Shown here in pieces: positions 54,376-64,000 of a stretch of 64,000 nt of DNA. Location of the stretch: assembly GCF_006345805.1 (NCBI RefSeq), contig NC_042999.1:30752001-30816000 (forward strand). The letters are read 5' to 3'. A program made the translations under genes and the position numbers. Each line of letters starts with the position of its first letter. Position 1 is the first letter of the stretch. Origin of the DNA: Octopus sinensis (taxonomy: Eukaryota). Below the pieces are notes generated by a model, which ran no database searches, was not told the origin of the DNA, and saw only the letters and a program-made list of their open reading frames with translations.

Positions 54376-54919
54376 CGTCTTTCTCGGAATTGTGAGACTC
54401 CCATCATCTTTCTTTAATTTCAGGTAAGAAATGTTCCAACAAACATTGGATTGAAAGCATCCTGACTTAAAGCAACCTGAATGTGACCATTTCCTTTTTT
54501 CTGTGTGAAAGAAACCCAAAATTACTTTATCTCATTTGCCATATTTGAAGATCGGAGTGTGCAATTTTGAGGGAAAGATTGAAAGCTAGTTTTCACAAAT
54601 CAACACACAAGCTAGAGTCACCGCTGACGCGTACATTTAAATAAGTGCACTATGGAGACTAGATACGATAATGTAGTACACTATTATTGAAAAAAATATA
54701 TAATGCCCGTTTCCCTGTCGTTTCTGTAGCTTCATCACATAATGAAGTACAACTCGTTAAGTACAACACTATTTTTCTAATAAAACATTATCTTTATGGC
54801 GGTACATGCAGTCAGTCGGTGCTACAGTGAAAATTTATCAACATTTGGTATTTATCAATATTGATTTCCTAAATAAACACACTTATGCATACATTCAAGA
54901 ACACACATGCTACCACACA

Positions 54920-54920
54920 C

Positions 54921-54979
<59 letters not shown>

Positions 54980-54984
54980 CATAC

Positions 54985-55018
<34 letters not shown>

Positions 55019-55078
55019 ATATATATACACACACACACACACACATATATATACATATGTAGATATGTATGTATATGA

Positions 55079-55120
<42 letters not shown>

Positions 55121-55190
55121 GAGTAAATGTATGTATATATATGGGTGTGCGTGTATACATACATATATATATATATATATATGTGCTTGC
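54920..55190. repeat. (AT)n/(AC)n microsatellite
   Basis: Directly visible. Confidence 0.95.
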
Positions 55191-55619
55191 ACACAGTCAC
55201 ATTCATTCGCATACAAGCTCATATACATTCATATATATATATCGTTTCACATATACATACCACACACACAACGGCACACACATATGCATTAACAAATATA
55301 AACATGCGCATATATATGCAGACACATTCTTAAGCATACAAACATGCTTACTGACATACAAACATAAACATCTACGCCCACATATATACAGTATAACAGA
55401 TAAAAACACTTATACATAAAGAAATATTCAAACACACGCATAAACACACATAAACCTACACTCATGTACACATATCTTGAGCTTGCTATGCCAAAGGGAA
55501 ATGATATTGGTTAATGTCAATAACGTTGAATACACTTTACCAGCCTCCGACGAATGTTGATGAGAAGGAAGGAGGAGGAGCACGAGAAAGAGGAGGGGAG
55601 AAGGAGAGGGCGGAGAAAG

Positions 55620-55726
55620 ACAACAATGAAGATAATGATGAAGATGTGGAAGACGACGACGACGACAATGACGATGGCAATGAAGATGATGATGACGATG
55701 ACGATGATGACGACGACGAAGATGAC

Positions 55727-55768
<42 letters not shown>

Positions 55769-55830
55769 CATGATGATGACGATGATGATGACGATGATGA
55801 TGATGATGATTATGAAGACGATTTCTTCGA
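55620..55830. repeat. (GAT)n/(GAC)n trinucleotide array
   Basis: Directly visible; generates the poly-Asp ORF. Confidence 0.95.
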
Positions 55831-56009
55831 CATGATAATGATAACGACACTGAATATATTTCAAGATCTGGTTTGTGATGTAGAAAGAAGTGATGATGTA
55901 CATTTTACAGTAATTTATCGTCTTCGATGTATTCTTTTTCAATTAATTTTTATTGATGTTGTGGCATTTGCTAGCGTCGTATTGGTTGTTCATTAATCCT
56001 CTGTCCTAG

Positions 56010-56974
56010 ATATTGCCCGACCGATTTGGAAGTCTGCCACCGAGACACGTCCCCAACTGATGTGTTTCACTAGCCAGGTGGTCTCTATATCTGCGCTGAG
56101 AGCTTCAAATACCATGGTTCGGGATACACGGACATACGCTGAGTTTGTGTCATTTATAAAAATCCTTACACCTTGAGTAAGTGTGGTAATCTATTGTCGA
56201 GGGGCAATGCTCATTCGAGACAAGTTCTTCAGGTAAGGAAATGCCAACAGCCTAATCTTCCCGAAATACTTGCAAGGGGACGAAATTGTCCTGCGTGTAA
56301 TAATTCAGTGTCCGTGCATTTGAGAGTTGTGCAACTGGTGGAGCAGCTATTATCGCGTGTAAGATGAATTCAGCTGTCTGCCTTGTGTATAGTGAAGATC
56401 GACTCACCACTATTCATTAGAAAAGGAAGACAGATCTTTCTCTACTTAGTGGCTGTGGCAAAAGATGCTGTATGGTGAAGCCATCTGAAAGGTTTGAAAA
56501 CAGGCACATTCCTATCTGCTCAGGCCCTCATTAGTTTCTTCAAATATCATTTGAAGAAGAAGATAAAGGTAGAGAGAGAAGTGCTTCTTTCAAGTGTGTT
56601 TATCAAAAGGTAGTCAACAGTGGCAAGACTGGTGAGACTGAATGGATATTCTCTGAATATGCTTTTCTAAGCATGAGGAAAGAAACTGGAAGAGGGCACT
56701 TTCCCATACCTTGGAGATGGTAGAGTGATGTGGGATATTTGTGTGGGATTTATTCCGGATTACCCTAAGTGAACTGCCCCGTTATCGGGAATTCTATTTA
56801 GTTATTTTTTGTTACTCTACTTTCTGTTGTATATCCACTGCTATATCCTTTAACGTGGTAGTATCATCCCTTGATTGATGGTAAACCCTTATTTTTATGG
56901 GCTTTTTTTGTGTTATAACTCGTACTTCAGTATTGTCTTCCATGTTTTGGGTCCTTCTCGCTAATAAAAGAAAT
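56010..56974 (+). mobile_element. Diverged 5'-truncated Tx1/L1-like LINE 3' end
   Basis: ttcttcaaatatcatttgaagaagaagataaaggtagagagagaagtg matches 44370-44415. Ends ctcgctaataaaagaaat followed by (CAT)n(TAT)n. Confidence 0.8.
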
Positions 56975-56982
56975 TGTCATCA

Positions 56983-57050
<68 letters not shown>

Positions 57051-57277
57051 ATTATCATTATTATTATTATACAGAGGTCTTCTTTCTATTATGCATTTCA
57101 CTCCACTTCGAATCATATCTGTGTGTGCTCTACATATATGTGTTGTGGTCTGTTTAAGTGTTGTTATTTTCACTGTATTGAATGTGATTTACGTACGAGT
57201 GTATGCGGTGCCTCGCAGGAATATATTCTCTACGTAATATATATATATGTGTGAGTGTGTGTCTGTGTATGTAATGT

Positions 57278-57309
<32 letters not shown>

Positions 57310-57334
57310 TGCACGTATATGTATATATAGATAT

Positions 57335-57421
<87 letters not shown>

Positions 57422-57449
57422 GTGTACATATATGTATATATATATATAT

Positions 57450-57915
57450 TTGCTTTGGAAGTCGTTTTGTTTGGTTATGTATTTTTCTGTATGCTGTTTA
57501 ATCATACCTAATGCACCTATTACTACAAGGAATGTTTCTCGCTTCAGGCTCCACATTTGGGTTGTCTTTATTTCGAGATCTTTGTAATTCGAGAGTTTCT
57601 CTGTTTCTTTTAGAGATACGTTGTCATCTGTTGTATATCAGGTGCTGATTACAAGCTATGTATTTTTTATTGATCTCTGACATCTAATCTGGCTTGTGTA
57701 TATTGGCTTATACCAGAGTATGGTTACTTTATGATTTATTGTGCCATTTTCTTGTATATATCTATATCATTTTGGTCTTATCTATTATTTATTTCTCTAA
57801 TTTTCATTTATATATCCTTTGTTATATCCTTTAATATTGTAGTGCCCCCCTCTCATCAACGTTAAGCCTATCTGAATTATATGATGTATCTCGACATTTC
57901 ATATCATTCTCCATA
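57450..57915 (-). mobile_element. R4/Dong-like LINE REL-endonuclease fragment
   Basis: Minus strand [44 protein letters not shown]. Confidence 0.8.
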
Positions 57916-57934
57916 CCTTAGGCCCATGTGGGCC

Positions 57935-58003
<69 letters not shown>

Positions 58004-58119
58004 ATATTCTTATTATTATTATTATCATTATTATCATTATTATCATTAGAATTAATTTCATTATTATTATTAACATTATTATTTTTAATATTATCACTAT
58101 TATTATTATTATTATTACA

Positions 58120-58590
58120 ATTAAGTATGGGAGCAGCTCATGCCATCGACACATGTACTAAGCTCAATATATCCTTCGTGACTACCCGTCTGATTAGGGT
58201 ACACAGGCACATGCATCACAGTTATATGTGCGAATCACTGTGATCTTATATCAAGATAAACATCACATGACACAATTTTCTTCGCGTTCAGTAGCCCGAT
58301 GAATTAAGCACCTATTTTGGGGGGTGAATTATTCATAACCGAAAGAATTCCTCTCAACACATGGCTAAGACTCTCTCCCATTACTTGTGCTCATGATGAA
58401 AGCTGCACTTACCCTCAGGCACTGAGGGACATGCTCAACAGTTGAAGGTCAAACAAATGACAAGCAAATCTTTGGTATTGGGCAGAATATTTGTTGTCGA
58501 CCATGTTTTGCACCAAGATAACAACATGCACGTAATTACACTTCCGATCACTAAAGATCAGAAGCCACGAGATACACTACCTGGTATTGC
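58120..58590. mobile_element. Repeat family H: non-coding element of about 470 bp embedded in (TAT)n
   Basis: Partial copies at 32420-32545 and 60030-60180. (TAT)n on both sides. Confidence 0.7.
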
Positions 58591-58596
58591 ATCTAA

Positions 58597-58655
<59 letters not shown>

Positions 58656-58783
58656 ATCATCATCCTGCTGCTCTTGTTTTTTTTGTTTTTTTTGTTGATG
58701 GTGGTGGTGGTATTAATGGCGAGGTGTTGTTCTGGGTATGCTGAGTTTGTTACTGCTCCTGGTGTTCTGCTGTTGCTAATATC

Positions 58784-58848
<65 letters not shown>

Positions 58849-58968
58849 CATCCTTTTCTTTATTCATGTATTTTTATTACTATATGAGAAAGATGAGGAG
58901 TTATAGCATTGGTGTGCTGCTGCTGCTGTCGCTGCTGCTGCTGTTGCTGCTGCCGCTGCTGCTGTTGA

Positions 58969-59000
<32 letters not shown>

Positions 59001-59270
59001 ATACATATGGTGATTAGGGAAGATTAGAAAGATAATGACGACAATGATAAACTGATAACGACTCAGCAAAGTTAATGTACGAATATGGCTGACGACGACG
59101 CCGTTGACAGTCATGGTGGTGGTTCCTGTTGGGTGCTGATGATTATGATGATGAGGAGGAGGGGGATTATGATGATGGTGAGGACAACGACGGCGATGAC
59201 GAAGATGACGCTGACAACGTCGACGACGGCGACAACAACGAGAAGGTGTGTGATGATGTTGATAATAAAT
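58590..59270. repeat. (TAT)n, (GCT)n and (GAT/GAC)n arrays
   Basis: Directly visible. Confidence 0.9.
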
Positions 59271-60029
59271 TTCATTATATTTAAGTTTCATTAGAATCTA
59301 ACAAACCATTGCTATTCACTTTTTATTTGCAGTCATAAAAGACAAGCTCCATAGTTTTACGAGCGAAATTCTACAATCATAAAACTACTAAATCTCTGCA
59401 ATTAATTTGAAGAATTATTTCACTGCATTCAGTTGCAGCAAACATTCGAGTTTTTCTTCGCGATCCCAAGTTTAATGTCCTTGCTATTTGGTTTTATTTT
59501 TAAGTCTGTGAGCAATGTTACGCAGTACACAGTTGATCATATGAAATAGTTTGACATAATGCTGTTCCATTAATGTTCAGGAAAACAAAGTTAACGAACC
59601 AAAGAGAGAGCCTATATATTATAGCTCTACTGGTTAGAAATAGCAGTTTAATATCTCTAAAATCACGTTTGACATTTTAAAAGTAGGAATTTAAGTTGAA
59701 TATCCAGGTAAATTTAGTCGTCCTATAAGTACTATAACAAAACAAAAGTTGCTCATATATATATTTATTTATTTATTTATCTAAATATATGCATATTCAC
59801 GTATATGAGTATGCATATGTGTGTGCGTGTAGAGATGTGTATATGAGAATAGTAATGCGTGCATGGACATATATACGTGTGCATGCATGTGTATGCGTGT
59901 ATGTATGTGTATATGCATGATTGTCCTCTATTATATATGTATAGATAAATTCCTCTCTTTACTTAATATAATGCCTTCGAAGGTCTTATATATGTGAATA
60001 TCTGTATATGTGTATGCATTTACATGGCA

Positions 60030-60180
60030 ATGACGCTTTCCCATTACTTCTGCTCATGTTCAAAGCTGTCCTTATCCTTAGGCACTAAGGGACATGCTCA
60101 ACAGGTGAAAGTCAAACAAATGACGAGCTAATCTTTGGTATTGGGCAGAATATTTGTTGTCGACCATCTTTTGCAATGTA
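60030..60180. mobile_element. Repeat family H internal fragment
   Basis: Nearly collinear with 58372-58515. Confidence 0.85.
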
Positions 60181-60277
60181 TATCAGTGTATATATATATA
60201 TATATATATAATATATATATATATATATACTTCTGAGTCTGAGACCACCTTCGGTCATGAAACTGACCATGGGATTG

Positions 60278-60316
<39 letters not shown>

Positions 60317-60319
60317 ATC

Positions 60320-60560
60320 GCATAGTATAGTTGGTAGGGTGTTGCACTCGCAATCTAGTGATCGGAATTTCTATTTCTACACCGAGTGGTGCATTGTGTT
60401 CTGACGTTACTCTACGACCATTTTGACACCTGAAGTGCGGTACACCGTGCACCTGTTCAGACATTGATAATTTTATGGAGAGAATGGGTTAATGTGCGGC
60501 ACGAACATTTCATCGCTATAAGCAAATCATTTGTGCAGGTCATTCGGCAAAAGATGATCG
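60320..60560 (+). mobile_element. SINE family D, diverged
   Basis: Shared body with 54118-54375. Confidence 0.65.
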
Positions 60561-60609
60561 CCCATACGTGGTTATATTTACACACACAAACACACATACA
60601 CACACACAT

Positions 60610-60810
60610 ATATAGTGAGAATTAACAAAAAAACATAAAACGAAGACGGGTGTGTAAACAACAAGGTGATGTATTAGTTTAACCCTCGGGAAGTGAGAGT
60701 CTTTTATGTTTCTAGCCTATGCTCTTCGACAGATAGGAACACAGAAATAAACAGAGGGAAAATAGAAAAATGTTAAGTGACTAGCGATCTATCATGGCGT
60801 ATGCCGGACA
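60610..60810 (-). mobile_element. Repeat family E copy
   Basis: Same orientation as and collinear with 23835-24010. Confidence 0.75.
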
Positions 60811-60869
60811 GAGGGATCACACACACACACACATATATATATACATATGTATATATGGAACGCACATTT

Positions 60870-61055
60870 TAAACAAGAGAGGCAGAGACAGACAGAAACA
60901 AGGAAAGTGCCACTTGTGTTTGAACACTATACAAATATTCTTTTCAAAATACTTTTCTTTTAATTTTTATAAATTTTATTGTTTTTCCATACTTATAGTT
61001 GAAAAAGTCTCAATGACTGAAACCGGTACTGAAATGGTTTTTATAAAATTATTTT
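60870..61055 (+). mobile_element. Repeat family F copy with variant hammerhead-like fold at 60996-61031
   Basis: tag TTGAAAA agtc tcaat gact GAAAC cg GTA ctg. Confidence 0.7.
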
Positions 61056-61066
61056 AGCATTTTCTA

Positions 61067-61439
61067 TACTCTTTTACTCTTTTACTTGTTTCAGTCATTT
61101 GACTGCGGCCATGCTGGAGCACCACCTTTTAGTACTTATTCTATCGGTCTCTTTATGGCGAACCGCTAAGTGACGGGGACGTAAACACACCAGCATCGGT
61201 TGTCAAGCAATGCTAGGGGGACAAACACAGACACACAAACACACACACACATATACATATATATACATATATACGACAGGCTTCTTTCAGTTTCCGTCTA
61301 CCAAATCCACTCAGAAGGCATTGGTCGGCGCGGGGCTATAGCAGAAGACACTTGCCCAAGATGCCACGCAGTGGGACTGAACCCGCAACCGTGTGGTTGG
61401 TTAGCAAGCTACTTACCACACAGCCACTCCTACGCCTAT
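61067..61439 (-). mobile_element. SINE family A, young, with an internal deletion of about 40-50 bp
   Basis: Collinear with 15871-16284 except that the gtcgagcaaatcgaccccgggacttattctttgtaagcc segment is missing. Confidence 0.92.
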
Positions 61440-61606
61440 CTTGACTTTTTTTCCATATATATCAACTCGTGTGTCCCTTTTCAACCTTCTACATATATAT
61501 ACATATATATATGAGCAAGTAATTATTATTTGGACTTTGGGTATACGGTTAGCAGTATGCCGTTTAAAGCACTCTCACTAATTCGGCTACTTGATCTTAT
61601 CCACAG

Positions 61607-61756
61607 TTTTGATATAAGTGTCACTGGAACTACCTCGGGAATTCTGCAGTCTGCGTCGGGTTTTATAGTGAATGAGGGAAACGGAAAATGGAGCTCACAG
61701 AAACGTTTGTTCGTCGCAACTGTCGTTTTGACTCATCTTGCATCGGTCCCTTACAG
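61607..61756 (+). CDS. Candidate 150-nt internal exon, product unknown (FDISVTGTTSGILQSASGFIVNEGNGKWSSQKRLFVATVVLTHLASVPY)
   Basis: Branch-like ctaat about 25 nt upstream, acceptor cttatccacag and donor gtgaga. Exactly one frame is open (phase 2 to 2). Confidence 0.35.
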
Positions 61757-61867
61757 GTGAGATACTGTTCAACAGTATATGCATCCTCCGCTGCAGATAC
61801 ATCTTGCTAACTATACTCGGTTTTTCTTGGCATGTTGTTGTTGCCAGTAGGCTGATGTCTATAATTA

Positions 61868-62360
61868 CCGTAAATCCTCGAGAATAATCCGCATTTTTCC
61901 CCAAAATTTAATGGTCAAAATCCCTAGTGCGCACTATATACGGGGTTAAAATGAAAATTATTTTCTAAGCAATGTCCTAGTCTCTATTTCTTGTCCGGCA
62001 ATGTTTATTCAGACGCACTTTGTGCTAAGACTGAAAGCAATGAAATCATAAAAGAATCATCCATAACTTACAGTAAGCAACATTTATTACATGTTATTAC
62101 TGTTAGTACTGTTATTTCTTTTGTTTTCTGCAAACAAAATGCACAGAAAAGCTACACGTTTGCATTGTTATATGTACAATAATAATAAAGGACGTTACCG
62201 TATGCAGTTTTACAAACCGAAGACGTTACATAGGCCTCCTTGACTCAGGTTAGAGAAGGAGTACGGATTATGCACAAGGTTTAGGTTTCTCAGAGGTACA
62301 GCCCCCTAAAAATCCCATGCGTATTATACTCAAGGGCGGAATACACTCGAAGAATAACGG
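61868..62360. mobile_element. pogo/Tc2-like MITE with TA target duplication
   Basis: Left end ta|ccgtaaatcctcgagaataatccgc and right end gcggaatacactcgaagaataacgg|ta form imperfect TIRs of about 25 bp. Confidence 0.8.
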
Positions 62361-63184
62361 TATATAAAATTTATATATACATGTATACATGTGTGTTTGT
62401 GTTATTACATGTTTACATATTACTCATATATACACATACGTGTGTGTGAGTATGTGTGTGTGTATGTGAGTATGTGTGTGTGTATAATTGCAGTTTGAAA
62501 CATTGCTTATGTTTGATGTACGCAGTGGACATGAATTAAACAGAAATTATGTGAAGTAAATGCGACGACACTTGAAAATCACTGAAAATAGAACTATCCT
62601 GCTGTATCACATTGAGTGAAAACAATATATATGATAATGTAGTTTCAGTGAATAATTTGAATATTTTTCATCGTTCCTAGCCTTGGAATTTCATCAAGGT
62701 AGAGAAGATAGGGAATAGGAAAGTTTTATATTTAGTGTTATTGAATAGGATTCGTGTAAGTAAATATATATTTATGTAGTTTATGGATAAAGAAGGGTTA
62801 CTATGGATATCAGCCAGAAATTTCAGTTGTGTTCCGAATTAAAAGGTAGCAGGGGAACAGCATAAATAATACATGTGGTATCAGGCTTGAATGTGCATTT
62901 GCGGATATACAACACTTTTATATTATATGTGGACATGTCAGCAAGTGTTTAATAATATGAACGCGTATGTGTTAGTAAGCGTCAGAATGTGTATGAACAA
63001 GCTAGGAGATTGTTTACAATAAATATAAACGTTTTTAAGTTACATCATTATGTTGTTTATAAAGGTTTGTTTTTTTCTTTGGTCAACGTGGTTGGACACT
63101 GGAAATCTCGACAGAGACGCGCGACGGATTGGAAAAAAAAGTATGCAACTACTATCCTTAGAAATGTGGCACACTTTAAAGAAT

Positions 63185-63425
63185 GTGGAACATATATATT
63201 ATTTGTGAGGGCGTGTGTACCGTTGGCGATTTTTTACCTCCGTCTTCCCTTCTCTGGATCTTTCCTCTTTCCTATGTTTCTGATGAAGAGCTCCGCTCGA
63301 AACGTTAAACCCTCCTTCTTCCCTTCCTTCCTGAGCGTCCAATAATACTATATTTGTTCCACCTCCTCGCGTTGTTGTGTTTTCTCTTTGTGTTTTCATG
63401 TTTGGATTAACTTTATATATATATA
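63185..63425 (+). mobile_element. Repeat family G (Penelope pLTR-like), ending in (TA)n
   Basis: 3' end shared with 21353-21425; contains a hammerhead-like motif. Confidence 0.7.
63276..63310 (+). ncRNA. Minimal type I hammerhead ribozyme-like motif
   Basis: GUUU CUGAUGA A GAGC UCC GCUC GAAAC GU U AAAC. Stem I is GUUU/AAAC, stem II is GAGC/GCUC, stem III is a palindromic ACGU, and the predicted cleavage follows GUU. Confidence 0.6.
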
Positions 63426-63629
63426 TGCTATAACTGAAAAAGAAAACCACTTGTGGGGTACTCACTGTTGGATTGCCTTTAATCTTAAACTCTTTCGTTC
63501 ACACCCGACTGAGTAATGGAAATGAAAAAGAAAATCTAATCAAGGTGATGAATCTTGTGTCTGAAATAATTTTGACTTTTAAGCAGGATTATTCCGTATT
63601 TGGAAAAGAATAATTCCAAGGAAATATTG

Positions 63630-63842
63630 GTTTTAAATTTTGGCAGAAGGTTAGTAGTAGTCTTGTCGGAGAGCCAAATCGATTAAATTGAATCCAGTGC
63701 TCAATTGGCATGTGTTTTACCGACCCTTAAAGGATGAAAGACAAAGTCGACCTTGGTGGAATTTTAACTGAGAACATAGAGATAGACGAAATGTCGCTAA
63801 GCGTATTGTCCTGTATAATAACCATTCTGCCAGCTCGCCAAC
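63630..63842 (-). mobile_element. SINE family B
   Basis: gacccttaaaggatgaaagacaaagtcgaccttggtggaatt..ttctgccagctcgcc. Confidence 0.8.
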
Positions 63843-64000
63843 TTATCCAAAGGATATAATGAAGATCAATGTCGATATTGGAATTTTCATCTATAAAGAA
63901 GCCTAATCGAGACATGAAACAACGTTTATGCATCACAAATACTTTACACCAGGTTTCCAAATAATTGATATTTCCTATGATATGGTCCAACTAACAGCTT

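Noticed and set aside
55514-55996. 160-aa acidic poly-Asp ORF
   Set aside because: Generated by a (GAT/GAC)n array; overlapping ORFs in other frames and strands are equally open.
56220-56236. ttcttcag|gtaagg AG-GT motif
   Set aside because: Lies inside a Tx1-like LINE remnant and has a short pyrimidine tract.
58860-59291. Minus-strand poly-Gln/poly-His ORF
   Set aside because: Product of (CTG)n and (GAT)n arrays with no flanking domain or splice support.
62013-62072. 60-nt exon-like segment with gtaagc donor
   Set aside because: Lies inside the pogo/Tc2-like MITE, and its only open phase (1) is incompatible with the preceding phase-2 candidate.

Overview
This is AT-rich, extremely repeat-dense animal DNA, most likely intronic or intergenic sequence from a coleoid cephalopod (Octopus-like). 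That assignment is inferred from the SINE families and the microsatellite load, not from a database search. No host gene can be named. The window holds (AT)n, (ATCT)n, (TAA)n and mixed trinucleotide microsatellites, which create most ORFs in the track. It also holds at least five tRNA-derived SINE families, six R4/Dong-like REL-endonuclease LINE fragments, and three 5'-truncated Tx1/L1-like LINEs, all next to microsatellites. Other remnants include one HERO-like LINE, RTE-like and Penelope-like pieces, an internally deleted hAT with TIRs and a near-perfect 8-bp TSD, two Mariner remnants, a pogo/Tc2-like MITE and a Helentron-like end. The most interesting signal is three unrelated short repeat families that each carry a minimal type I hammerhead-ribozyme fold, one copy (63276-63310) with an almost canonical core. 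Several unique stretches look like spliced exons, and some + strand candidates chain in compatible phases, but this gene model is unverified. All boundaries were read by eye and are approximate.
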